Of a stretch of 64,000 nucleotides of DNA, positions 42,516 to 54,470 are shown piece after piece; position 1 is the first letter of the stretch, and each line of letters starts with the position of its first letter. The translations under genes were made by a program, and so were the position numbers. This DNA comes from Raja brachyura (Eukaryota): assembly GCA_963514005.1 (NCBI GenBank), contig OY740814.1, forward strand, positions 15,376,001 through 15,440,000, given 5' to 3'. Under the pieces are notes generated by a model that saw only the letters and a list, made by a program, of their open reading frames with translations, ran no database searches and was not told where the DNA came from.

Positions 42516-43275
42516 GGTGGCGCTGTGGCGCAGCAATAGAGTAGCTGCGGGTTGCACAAAAAGCTGGAGAAACTCAGCGGGTGCAGCAGCATGTAAGGAG
42601 CGAAGGAGATAGGCGACGTTTCGGGTCGAGACCCTTCTTCAGATTGAAGAAGGTCTCGACCCGAAACGTCGCCTATCTCAATCGCTCCTTAGATGCTGCT
42701 GCACCCGCTGAGTTTCTCCAGCTTTTTGTGTAACCCTCGATTCTCCAGCATCTGCAGTTCCTTCTTTAACACAATAGAGTAGCTGCCTTGCAGCACCAGA
42801 GACCCTGGTTCGATCCTGACTACATGCGCTGTCTGTATGTAGTTGGTACGTTCTCCCCCTGACCTCCATGGATTTTCTCTGGGATCTCCAGTTTCCTCCC
42901 ACATTCCCAAGCTTACAGATTTAGAAACATAGAAAATAGGTGCAGGAGTAGGCCATTCGGCCCTTCGAGCCTGCACCAACATTCAATATGATCATGGCTG
43001 ATCATCCAACTGAGTATCCCGTACCTCCCCAACATCGGGAACAATCGTCCTGCATCTAGCCTGTCCAACCCGTTAAGAATTTTGTAAGTTTCTATAAGAT
43101 CCCTCCTCAATCTTCTAAATTCTAGCGAGGTTTGTAGATTTGTAGGTTAATTGGCTTGTTATGATTTTAAATTGTCCCTAGTGTGTGTAGGATAGTATAC
43201 ATGTGTGGGATCGCTGGTCAGCACGGACCTGGTGGGCCGAAGGGGCTGTTTCCGTACTGTGCGACTAAACTAAAT
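42516..43275 (+). mobile_element. V-SINE (HE1-like) carrying two nested insertions
   Basis: tRNA-like head split by 42549-42771; V-domain at 42850-42905; CR1 piece (-) at about 42922-43128; SINE tail to CTAAACTAAA. Confidence 0.8.
42549..42771. mobile_element. Penelope-type inverted terminal-repeat pair with hammerhead-like core, inserted in a V-SINE
   Basis: About 95-bp arms meeting at GACCCTTCTTCAGA|TTGAAGAAGGTCTCGACCCGAAACGTC; 15-bp TSD CAATAGAGTAGCTGC; family copies at about 2595-2760, 6890-7105, 11556-12066, 16605-16735, 18205-18332, 21478-21655, 31289-31405, 32722-32820, 34406-34496, 39204-39302, 59440-59510 and 60100-60262. Confidence 0.75.
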
Positions 43276-43388
43276 AGCTATGTGTTGTGGAATGATCAAA
43301 GCGGTGATAATGCTGTCAGAATATTTGGCTTTTTGACTTTATGATCCAGCTCTGATTGGATGCTTTTGCTGTCTTTTCTTTTTTGCAG

Positions 43389-43550
43389 AGTTCTCGGGTC
43401 AATGATGTAGTTGCTGTTGGTCAGTTCAAACCTCACTGTAGTTCAATTAACTGCTTACACTTTTCTCCTGCTAACTCTGCTGAGATCCTATCAGTGAGCA
43501 GTGACGGAAGCATTCGCTGTGGAAATGTTGCTGCTGCAGTCTTCGATGAG
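43389..43550 (+). CDS. WDR76: WDR76 exon, WD40
   Basis: tttgcag| ... |gtaaat; 162 nt; FKPHCSSINCLHFSPANSAEILSVSSDGSIRCGNVAAAVFDE. Confidence 0.95.
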
Positions 43551-44972
43551 GTAAAATACATCAAAGTCCTTTGAGCGCTTACTCATAAAGTCCAAATCTC
43601 CTGTATAAAGAAAGACAGGCTGTGGTTATTTGACATAAGAATTGCCCACTTTAGGTTCCTATGGCTTTGGTTGCTTTTAGCACAGAAAGAAAAGAGCAGG
43701 AGCTCTGAAATGTAAGCAATAATACTCAGTACATCTGCAGAGTAATACACAGATAGAATGCTTCCAGACCATCACTGTGAAAACCACAGAAATAGGAGGT
43801 TTTAGACAAGTAAATACGGAATTAGAAGTGTGGAAGTTCAGTAAGGATAACAAGGATGAGTGATTGGTGGGGGGGGGGGGGGGAGGAGGAGGAGGCTGAA
43901 AGTGTTAAATAAGAAAAGGGATGGTGATGCAAGGCAAGGTATAGTAATTGGGAAGAATCGGGAATTATCTAGTGGAAATATAAGTGAGGATGAGGGAGAC
44001 CTTTTCTGAAATTATTGAATGCCATTTTTAGCCCAGAAGATTGTAATATGCCTGGTTTGAAGATCGGGTCTGTTTTTCAGGCTTGCATTTACAATTATTG
44101 AGGAAGTGAGGGAGGCTGAGAAAAGGGGGTGTGAGAGGGATAATTAAAGTGGCAAGAGACAGGACAACTAAGGACCTGTCTGTAATTGATGGCGATATTC
44201 TGCAAAAACAGTTAACTTCGGACAGTTAAATCACATGGGGTTCAGGGAGAGCTAGCCCACTGGTGTTCAGTTTTGGTCACCCCATTATAGGAAAGATGTC
44301 GAGCTGGAGTACAGAATATAGTGTTGCAATGTTATGGCATTACAGCCAACGAGAAAGTGCCGATTTAAAAAAAAATGTGCAAAGACTGCAATGAGGTAGG
44401 TTGAGAGGTCAGGTCTGAACACTGCCATTCCAAATGAAACACATTCTCATACCTGTGGAACCATCGGCTGGTGAGAGCTGCCACAGTTGGGAAACGACGG
44501 GCAGGTATATAGTAAAGCTTGTATGAAGTAATTCTAAATCACGCCATTTAAATTAATCTCATAAGTTTTTAAAAAAGCTAAATGAAAATTAAACTCAAGC
44601 TTGGAAATGCAATAATTCATACTCCAAGAGGACATTTTGTTTGCATTGCCCCCATGTAATGAATATATTCTCTCTTAAATATATCAAGTTGTTGGTATTG
44701 GTATGTTATTGCCATAATACCGCGATGCAGTGAAAAGCTTTGTTTGTGCACAATCCAATCGTGAGTACAATCAAGCCATATTAAGTACAACAGGTAGTGC
44801 AAAGAGAAAAATTACTCAGTACATGTAGCAATAATATTAACCAAGCTAAGCCTCGTGACCTGGGATTCTGCATTAATTTGTGCCATGAGGCCCAAAGATG
44901 GATAGTTTGTTTCCATGCCCACCATGTTCTTCTTTTATAAAAGGTACTTTTTCCAAATAAAATCCAAGTTGA

Positions 44973-45385
44973 TAAATATGACCAACTCTTAAGGAGTTGG
45001 TCCCCTTTCATCGACTTTTTTTGAATCATGTACATCAAGCAGTACCATAAAGATTACTGATTTCAGGTCAGGTCGTGGGTAGAATTACATCTCTGAACAA
45101 AAATTTGAAAATTTTCTTTTTTAGGGTCTTTTTTTCCTATTTCTACTTTCTAATTTTCTTTTCTTATATACACACTTCACCTTTTTCTATTTTCTACGAT
45201 CTATTTTTCCTCTTTCTTCTCTCTATTTCTTGTCTTTTTTTAATTTCCTTTTCAAAAACATAAAACTAGAGGTTGGACATAGAATGTATTATGTTATGAC
45301 ATAGTTGGCACCTAAAATGAGGTGCCACTGTATTGTTTTGTACTGTATTAACTTCTAATAAAATAAACAAAAAAAACAAAAAAAA
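44973..45385 (+). mobile_element. L1/Tx1-type 5'-truncated insertion
   Basis: AATAAA plus poly(A) tail; 14-bp TSD AAAATCCAAGTTGA at 44959-44972 and 45382-45395. Confidence 0.75.
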
Positions 45386-45455
45386 TCCAAGTTGAGAAAA
45401 TTTGCTGCCTAATTAATTTTTGCGTAAAGTGACTTTGCCTTTGATATTTTCGTAG

Positions 45456-45574
45456 GTGTATGTATCCAAAGATTGGGATACCTCGTCTTTTGACTTCTTA
45501 TCTGAGGATGGGTCCACCTTGCTTGTCAGTCACTGGGATGGAGATGTGGCTATAGTGGATAGACGAACCGGAAG
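45456..45574 (+). CDS. WDR76: WDR76 exon, WD40
   Basis: ttcgtag| ... |gtgagt; 119 nt; VYVSKDWDTSSFDFLSEDGSTLLVSHWDGDVAIVDRRTG. Confidence 0.95.
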
Positions 45575-45639
45575 GTGAGTGTCAGTTATGTGCTTAGTCT
45601 TGCTTTTTATTGACTTTTGGGTAAACGGTGGTTACCACT

Positions 45640-46102
45640 TAGAAACATAGAAAATAGGTGCAGGAGTAGGCCATTCGGCCCTTCGAGCCTGCACCGCCAT
45701 TCAATATGATCATGGCTGATCATTCAACTCGGTATCCTGTACCTGCCTTCTCTCCATACCCCCTGATCCCGTTAGCCACAAGGGCCACATCTAACTCCCA
45801 CTTAAAGATAGCCAATGAACTGGCCTAAACTACCCTCTGGCAGAGAATTCCAGAGACTCGCCACTCTCTGTGTGAAAAATGTTTTCCTCATCTCGGTCCT
45901 AAGGGAATTCCCCCTTATTCTTAAACTGTGACCCCTTGTTCTGGACCTCCCCAACATAGGGAACAATCTTCCTGCATCTAGCCTGTACAACCCCTTAAGA
46001 ATTTTGTAAGTTTCTATAAGATCCCTCAATCTTCTAAATTCTAGCGAGTACAAGCCGAGTCTACCCAGTCTTTCCTCATATGAAAGTCCTGACATCCCAG
46101 GA
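45640..46102 (-). mobile_element. CR1 LINE 3' fragment
   Basis: MSGLSYEERLGRLGLYSLEFRRLRDLIETYKILKG...; near-identical to 5917-6444. Confidence 0.92.
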
Positions 46103-46865
46103 GCATTCTTGCTCGCTTCTCATTTCTCCTCAAAGCCGTGACTCTTCTAGTTGCTCTTGGGTTGTGGGAAAGCTTTGGCAGTGGTGTTCAGATGCCAGTG
46201 CTTTCTTTTGAACTGCTCCAGTCCAAGTGCTGTATTTTGTTTAATGCTGCACAATGTGCTGCACAAGGTCCAGCAATAAAGGCTACTACAGCTATGTGCG
46301 CACAGTTTACAATGTAGGCCAATGTGAAAACCACTCACGTCAGTATCCTTTCATTTATGTTGACCTTGGCTGCAAATTCTGTTTTCATGTCTCATGGGGA
46401 ATGATGCATGCCCTGAATAAATCACTGGTGTTAAATGGTGTGCTGGGATTTTGGTGCTTTGGACATTACATTTCTGGATTAGTCTACAAAAACAGCTTGA
46501 AATTGTATAGCTCATTGCAATATACCTGCCAAACCTGTTACATTGGAGCATCGTCAGATAAAATTTGATACTGGGCCCTATATAGTCTCCATTTTCATTG
46601 TCAAAGAGAAAGGAGCATCAAAAAGGAGGAGAGTGGTCAGCAGTTTCGCTGAACTCTGAATTCTACTGAGTGGATAGGTAACCATGTGAGAATTGTACTG
46701 AGTCTAGAATGAACAATGGTAGGGAATACTTAGCACCAGGCAGATTTGACACACAGCAGATGGGAAGTGTAGGAAGGTTGTGCTTAATTCCAGGTGAACA
46801 ATTTGAGCGTTTGTAGGTACTGATTACTCTCAGACTGACAACACTTTTGTTTTGCTTTTCTGCAG

Positions 46866-46964
46866 CAATTCAGGAGAACAGAATGCACACCTGGGCCTGA
46901 ACTATTTACGGATGGTCAGTGTTCACCCATTGGAGCGGCATTACTTTGCAACTGCTGCAGCACA
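46866..46964 (+). CDS. WDR76: WDR76 exon, WD40
   Basis: tctgcag| ... |gtgagt; 99 nt; NSGEQNAHLGLNYLRMVSVHPLERHYFATAAA. Confidence 0.92.
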
Positions 46965-47663
46965 GTGAGTTCCCTTGGTAGAAGAGGTTACTCGTGTGGA
47001 TGCTTTTTCTGCATGCTATATTACCAGCAAACTCCTGCAAAATGAATTGTTTAACTGATTCAATTGTAATTTGTTTTAAAAGGAACTTTTGTATAATTCC
47101 CCAAAAACACCTGGTGTGCTGGAAATCAAGTTCAATTTTGCTTTGATTTTTGAGGAAAATATCCATGTTTGTTACCGATCCACCAAGTGGGATTTAATCT
47201 GAAGGTAGTAACAGAATAGAAATTCCAGTCACAGTTCACAAATATTTTAACGGTATAATTTGGTTATGCCTCAAAATTACAGACCCAGGAATATGGCATG
47301 ACCTAAATACTCAAGATCTTGGATCTCACTTTTAAGAGGCTGGTCTTGAGAAGTCAAGAGACACATTTTCACACAAAGGATCCTGGAAATCTGATCTCTT
47401 TTACCCCTGACCCCAACCACCATCCCTCTCGGATAAGTGTAATAGGTCTTGGTGTGAATTGAAAATTTCAAAATTAGAGAATGCTGGGTTTATGTTTGGT
47501 AAGAGTCTTATAAATGTAGAGAAAATAATCTTTAGTAGAGTTGAGTTCCCAGTGAGCTGAATACCTCTGTCCTGTTCCGACATTCATAATGCCACAATTT
47601 TGAATTTGTGGCCCCATATGCCAAACGTAAGAATATTTACCTAGCTGCTTTTGGTTTTGCCAG

Positions 47664-47816
47664 GTGTGCAACTATTTATGATATCCGAAATCTAAAAAGA
47701 TCATCAGCAAAAGCTGTGGCGCACATGAACCCCCACTCCAGGCGTGTAAACTCGGCTTACTTTTCACCGGTTACTGGTAACAGTGTGGTGACCACCAGCA
47801 TGGATGACATGATCAG
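47664..47816 (+). CDS. WDR76: WDR76 exon, WD40 with DWD-box-like YDIR
   Basis: ttgccag| ... |gtaaaa; 153 nt; CATIYDIRNLKRSSAKAVAHMNPHSRRVNSAYFSPVTGNSVVTTSMDDMI. Confidence 0.95.
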
Positions 47817-48441
47817 GTAAAAAGCTTCACGTTGTATATCACTGCTACAGAAGTTAAAATGTGCATCTAGGCGACCATTTAGAATGTTACATTTGCTAAA
47901 GTTTGTATCTTCTCATTTGAGAAATTTCATGTTATCATCCTGTCCCAGTGGATCAGTTCTAGCTTTGAAATTTCCATAATTCTGTTACTTTGCTCTAGTT
48001 TATGAAAGTGTCATCCAGAACCACCAGTATATTTCCATTAACTCCCAACCTCACACTGAAGCGCCAATTTTAATTTCTTCTTATTTTGATTTCTTTACAT
48101 TTTCGGATGAATTTGACTGGCTTTGTGGCCTTTGGCCTTCAGTCATTCCAATTTAAATGGCAGTTTTATGATCCATGAAGCCCAGGGTCTCGCTGGCCTT
48201 CAGAGCCGTTCTGGGTCTGTGGCCTGCACCATGAAGTCCCTGAGACAGGTGACCGAGCAGTGTCCCTGCTAGAGGACGGTTTCTGCCCACTGATCCCCAG
48301 ATGTTGTGATGGGAGTGTGGCGATCTGTTCTTTTAAATCGGGAATTTAAATGATTTGCATGTAGAATGAATATTATAAGTTAAGATACTTAACAGCACAG
48401 TGGGTCAAATCTTGATAAATTAATTAAATGATTTGTTGCAG

Positions 48442-48495
48442 AGTATTTGATACAAGTGCCATAATTCCTGAGATTCCTTGTGTGGCATCAATAAC
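48442..48495 (+). CDS. WDR76: WDR76 small exon
   Basis: gttgcag| ... |gtaagt; 54 nt; VFDTSAIIPEIPCVASI. Confidence 0.9.
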
Positions 48496-49669
48496 GTAAG
48501 TAAAATTAATCCTGAGGTTCAGTTCTACGGCTTAAGCAGTCCATGTCTGCGATCTCTCCAGTGCTTCTGAACTCTCCGCGGTCCTGGAATTCTGCACCCT
48601 GTGTAATGTAAATGCTGCACAAGTTGCAGCTGTGTTCGGCTGTCAAGGTTCCACATCTCCCACTTTACCCTTAAGAATTAGACAGCATGGAAACAGGCCA
48701 TTGGGGCTAAATTGTCCACACTAACCGGTGAGCGCCCAACCATATTGATTGCATTACCTCGCACTTTGTGCATAGCCCTCAATGTCTAAGCAATTGACAT
48801 GTTCATCTGCGCAATTAAATACTGTTTAAGACCCAGCTTCAACAACTCTCTCCACCAGTGTATTCCAGGTACGTCTCTCTCTAGGTGAAGATGAACCCAC
48901 ACCTCCACCCCCTGCTACTTTTAAACCTTTTCTCTCCTCCCTGCCCCACCTTGCCCTAAACCTGCCTGCTATTAAACAAATCTGATATAGGGAAATGTTT
49001 ATTTGGTCTATCCTATCTATACTCCATATAATTTAAATTGCCTCACTATTGCCTCTTAACCACCTCTGCTCCATGGATTTACAGTCTTAACTTAAACATG
49101 GCTGCACAATAGTTGTCATGTCTGGAGTTGTCGTAGGAAAGGAATGTGACTAATATCCCTATATCAGATTGTGGAGGAGCAGGAGCAAGAGAGACAAAAT
49201 TCAGCAGAAACAAAACCAGGAACAATTCTGGAAATCTGGTGTGGTCAAGGCGGATGATCAGGAGATAACTGAATAAAGGGACTGGATTATAGGGGGGCTG
49301 CAACCCCTTGGTGGCTTGTGATACCTCCTTCCAAGTGCAGATTGATGGGGTGGGAACCAGAGCTCTGTCTGCCCAGCTTACAAAAAGAACAGAAAAGCAT
49401 ATCCACAGGGTCCCGCCTGTGGAAATTGGAGCAAACATCCAGACCTGATGGTGAAGGGATATGTTTCTTTTGGATCCTGTTCAATGTTGGTGCTTTTTCA
49501 CCATGTGCAAATTAGCTAGAACACAGTAAGCAGAATAAGCTATATAATCAAAGGAGATGGGAGTGAAATGATCAGAGGATAATAGAAAGGAGTATTAACA
49601 CCAGGCCAGTTTCTGTTGTGTACATGTTTAAAACTAGATTAATAACCTCTTTATTTTTGTTTCAAACAG

Positions 49670-49940
49670 TCATAACAACAACACTGGACGTTGGCTTTCC
49701 AAATTCCAAGCTGTGTGGGATCCTAAAAAGGAAGATTGCTTTGTTGTGGGGAGTATGGTCAGGCCCAGGCAGATTGATGTGTTCCACAGTACAGGAATCA
49801 AGGTGCATGAATTCAAGCATGCTGAATGGCTGGGGTCTGTGTGCTCCATTAACGTGATGCACCCAACCAAAAATGTCTTGGTTGGTGGAAACTCGAGTGG
49901 CCGACTTCACGTGTTCATGGACAATGGATTAAGTGGATAG
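49670..49940 (+). CDS. WDR76: WDR76 terminal coding exon
   Basis: caaacag|; HNNNTGRWLSKFQAVWDPKKEDCFVVGSMVRPRQIDVF...SVCSINVMHPTKNVLVGGNSSGRLHVFMDNGLSG*; the HNNxTGRW motif marks the WDR76/DDB2 family. Confidence 0.96.
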
Positions 49941-50506
49941 ATGGTGGCATCCATGCAAAATAGAGGGCCACTTCTATCATTGTAGAGACAGCAGGAATCT
50001 TGACATATCAAATGCTGTGATGATATTTATGTGGGAGTTTGGTATTTAGTGCGGGGAAACAAATAGCTCAAATATATCCATAAAAATACCAGCAAAGTCC
50101 TTCAACCATTCCCCGCTCTCCTTGCCGCTTCCTCCCCACACGTTAAAACACTGCCACTTTATACCATATTCACCATTCCATAACCAGCCATTTGTATTAG
50201 GTTAGCTGAGTATTTGTGGTGCCAAATTTTATATGTGTACATAAAATGTAAGTGATCAACAGGGTACAAGCAGATTTGACACCATTATTCTGGAATGGGG
50301 TTATTTCTGCAGACTGCCTTCTGTAGAAAGTCAATTAGAATATTTTATTGAAGGTTAAAATGTTGCTTTTCACGGTAGACATTGTGTAAACTAGAATGCA
50401 TGCGTGTTGCGCAGCAAAGTATTCGTGTTGTGATATGTTTTAAGTAGTGTCTGTCCTGCTGTGATATTTCTGATGTGATGTTTCAGGAGTTTTAAAATGA
50501 CGTTGA

Positions 50507-50512
50507 AATAAA
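50507..50512 (+). terminator. Candidate WDR76 polyadenylation signal
   Basis: AATAAA about 570 nt after the stop, at the end of a TG-rich 3' UTR-like stretch. Confidence 0.5.
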
Positions 50513-53050
50513 TTGCACTTTTTAAAATTTCAAATCTTGTGCCCGACTGCCTGCCGTTGCGCATGGTAATTTCTCTTTGAGATGAGGTGCAGTGATTCCT
50601 GAGAAAAGGATTAAAAGTTTAAAAATTCAGATTAAAAAAAATAATAATATGGGAATAAAAAGTACATATCTGTAAAAGGGATTATGAAACTGATATTTTA
50701 AGAATCAATTTTCTCTTTCAAATGGAACGCCACTGTCCTTCAAGGAACAAACCTCACTGCATTTCTCCAGTCTGGATCAGAATACGACTTTGTTGTATAG
50801 CAACCTATAGCTTGCTGCAGATGGGAAAATACATTTCCGTGTAGTGTAGCCAAAGGCAAGAGGTGGAATCATGCGTGCGTTGGGTATACAGGAAGGACAT
50901 AAAGGCCAAAAAAGCAACAGCTGCCCACAAGCCGTCCTTGGTTGCAGATCTGATTCCACAGTTAAGGATATCATGAAACAGTTTCAGCTATTTCTGGAAG
51001 GTGAGAAAGTGAACCAGGATGACCAACAGTGGAAGAAGAGGTCCTATAGGCAGGTTTAAGGATTTAGGAAAGAGATGTGGGATCTCAACTATAGTAATTT
51101 TCTAATTGCTCCCTGCACCATACACCATTGAATATAGATACGAGGATAGGGTGGAGGATGGGAATTAGTTTCTGGGAGCAGTGGAGGAAGTGGGACCAAC
51201 TTAGGCCAGGCAGATTGCATCTCTACAGAACCAGGAACAATGTCCTTGTGGGAAGATTTGCCAGTGCAATGCGGAGAGGTTAAAACTGGTTGGAAAAAAT
51301 TACTTCCTTGATCTCTGTAGCACTTAAAAGGTATTTGGACTGGTACATGGATGGGGAAGATTTAGAGGGATATGGGCAAAACACAGGCAAATGGGATGTT
51401 TAGATTGAGCATGTTGGATGGCATAGACGAGTTGGGCCAAAGGGCTGGTTTCCGTGCTGTATGATTATGACCTTGTATCACATGCACTGTAACACTATCT
51501 CTGGTTTTAGACCCCTTTACTGTGAGCAAATATACCCCTTATAATTCAATAATTGACAGGATCTATAAGAGGCAAAGTCTCAAAAAAGGCAGCCAGCATC
51601 ATCTAGGGTCCACACCACCCTGGCCACACTAATTTCGCTCCTGCCATTGGGTAATAGGTATATAAGCCTGAAAACTAGCATCCAGATACATGAATCGCTT
51701 CCCAACAACCAGCAGGTCATTGAATATTACAAACTCCAACTAAAGTACAAACTGCCTGGGTTGAACTTTATTTTGGTTTTGCACTATATTGGGTTTTTAT
51801 TTTTTTGTTTATTACATTATCTATTGAGCACTTTACAAACCTGGTGTGTTGCTTCAAGTGAGAATGTCATTCTGTTCTGGTACCTATGGCAATAAAACAA
51901 ACATGGCAATAAACTTCTATCAATCCCCACTCAACTGCCTCCATACAGGAAAATAAGCTCATTGCCTCTTCATAACTAAAATACTCCATTCCCTGCTGCA
52001 TTCATCAGTGCTTTCATCACTTCAGTCACAGGGTTGACAGCAGCTGCCAACCCCCCAGGGCCTGCTGATATGGCCAGTCTAGAAGACCAGCTATAGAGTC
52101 CCCTCCTAACACATGCCTCTGAACGAGGCAGACATTCCTTTGTTTTTAGTATCAGACCATTTGTGCTTGCTTGTTAGTGAATGAAGAGAGTGAGGAACAG
52201 AGTGATATGCTCTCTTCCAAGTGAACAGTGACAGAGCTTCCCAAGTCAATGCACCAAATGAAACGGGCTTGTTAAATCCGCAAACTTAACCGACCCAATG
52301 TACTGCCCGAGTTATCAGAACACTGCTTCCATCACGTCATCTAAATAACACCTTGATGATAGTGCACACATCACTCGGTGATTTCACTCCCCATCTTCCC
52401 TTTATTTCAACCTTAACAACTGGCCAAACAGTCTTGTGGCTTTGGACATCTCTTCCATCATTCAGCCTGGGTTTTGCATATATTGTCATTATGAAAAAAA
52501 ATCCTAGTTTTTGGGATGTCCCGTGTAGCTGTACATCATAACCAAACTAATTATTTTGTCAAATTGTTAAAATATTACAAGGTATAATTAACAAACATTG
52601 AGAGTCTTACAGTTTTGAGAGAACATTTTGTCACTACTGAATATACTTAGACATGAGACATCCACCTGCTGTAATGTTAATATCACAGGGAAGTCTTGGT
52701 ACTTTTATTAATGTCTGGAGACAGGATACCTCTTTAACATCACAATAACAAAACTCCACGCTGTATTACTCAGTTCCTGTGGGTACTAATGGTTAATCAC
52801 TTACTCTAATAGACCTTAGATAGCGCAACAGTCCAAGAGGGGGTCAAGGGGCTTGGGGGCAGGGCATGGTTGAATGTGGAATTCACTCTTGGTTTTAAAT
52901 TCCTCTTGAAAGCTTGTTGAGTCAGCCAGTTTCCCAGCAGTAGTTGAATTCATCCAATAAAGCTGGATGGTGCCAGAGAGGGGAGAAGGGGAGCTTGGCG
53001 TCATCTTGTCTTCTCACTGCCCCTGGGCTGATTTCTCAGGCTGGGCGATG

Positions 53051-53622
53051 TCATGTGTCAATTAGAAGGCTTAGCAGGTACCGCGCCTTGCAGGCAAACC
53101 ATCGCCTGAGGGGACAAAAGTATTCATAATGGAACTGTTCAAACTCAGGGGTCTGGCGTATATCACGTAAAAATGCTACGTCAATATCTGATTCGGCAAG
53201 AGCGATCAGGAGGAGGAGCAATGCAAAGAGTAGTCCGACGGTCACCAGTAGCAAACGGGCCACACTTAAAACAAATGTATTCACCTGTTCCTGCTCCGCC
53301 CTCACACTATCACCTTCGGGCGAGGTGCCAGCCCCTCTGGCCGGTTCCTCTGCCGCTGCCGACGCTCCCACCTCGCTCCCCCTCTCCTCCTCGATGCCGC
53401 TGGAACTGGAGACTTGCTGGAGGAGGATGGATTCGTGGCCGGTCTCCGACACCGGCGTGGGCAGGACACTGCCGGCCGGGTTGTACATCTCGTCCGCTAT
53501 CACCGACGTCCGCTCGTTGCCCTCGGCGGCCGAAGCCTTGCTCGAGTGGATCACGAAGGAGTCTGTGTGAGAGCTGGATCGCACCGGCGTGGAGTGGGCG
53601 CTATCCCGGAGTGATTCCAAAC
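53051..53622 (-). CDS. FRMD5: FRMD5 terminal coding exon, with C-terminal transmembrane helix
   Basis: Minus-strand tgttctag|; (G)[15 protein letters not shown]...[79 protein letters not shown], closely matching the FRMD5 C-terminus; tail-to-tail with WDR76 as in human. Confidence 0.95.
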
Positions 53623-54264
53623 CTAGAACACAGACACTGACACAGTGAACGGGAAACCCGAGAGAACGCCCGCGCAACAAACCATAAACATGAAGCCTCT
53701 TCGGAAACAAGTGGCCCGTGACCAAGGTGCTTGTCCAACCCAGGGCCCAGCATCAAACACAGATGATGCCATTCAGCTCTACATGATCCTCAACACTGGT
53801 GCCCGCAAGAATGCGTTCTCTCCCCAAATTATACTCCAACATTCATGACTGTGCAGCGAAAACCCAATCCAAATCCATTTAGGAGTTCACAGAGGGCACC
53901 GCCGTAGTGGGCCGGGTATCAAATATTGACCAGACTGAGCACAAAAGGAGAGTGAGAAGCTCCTCACCTGGTACCAAGATAACAACCTCTCCCTCGATGT
54001 CAGCGATTGACTTCAAGAAGCGAAACAGTGCATATTTATGGTGCTGAAGTATAGATGGTCAAAAGCGTCAAGTTCTTCGGAATAAATATCGACAGCAATT
54101 TGTCCCGGACCTGCCACGTGGGAGCTATGGCCAAGAAAGTACACCAAGACCTCCACGGCCTTAGACGGCTTAGGAAGCCTTGTGGAGGTAGTTAGTTGAT
54201 ATTTAGTGTCCAAAGACAAATTACCTCAGCGATGGAGGGGGGGTCGATGTATCTCTCTGCATAA

Positions 54265-54470
54265 AGTATGCGTGTGAGCGTGTATATGTCTATGTGTAAA
54301 TGTGTGTGCGTAAATGTGTATGACTTAATCTGTGACTGCAAATATATGTCAATGTGACTGGGTGTGTGAGAGCGTTTGTGGCAGTGACAATGTGTGTGAA
54401 TGCGTGTATGACAGAGAGAGTGGGTCTGATAGTGAGTGCGTGTGTGAGAGTGAGTGTGGCAGTGAGTGAG
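54265..54470. repeat. Degenerate (TG)n/(TGAG)n low-complexity tract
   Basis: Seen directly. Confidence 0.8.
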
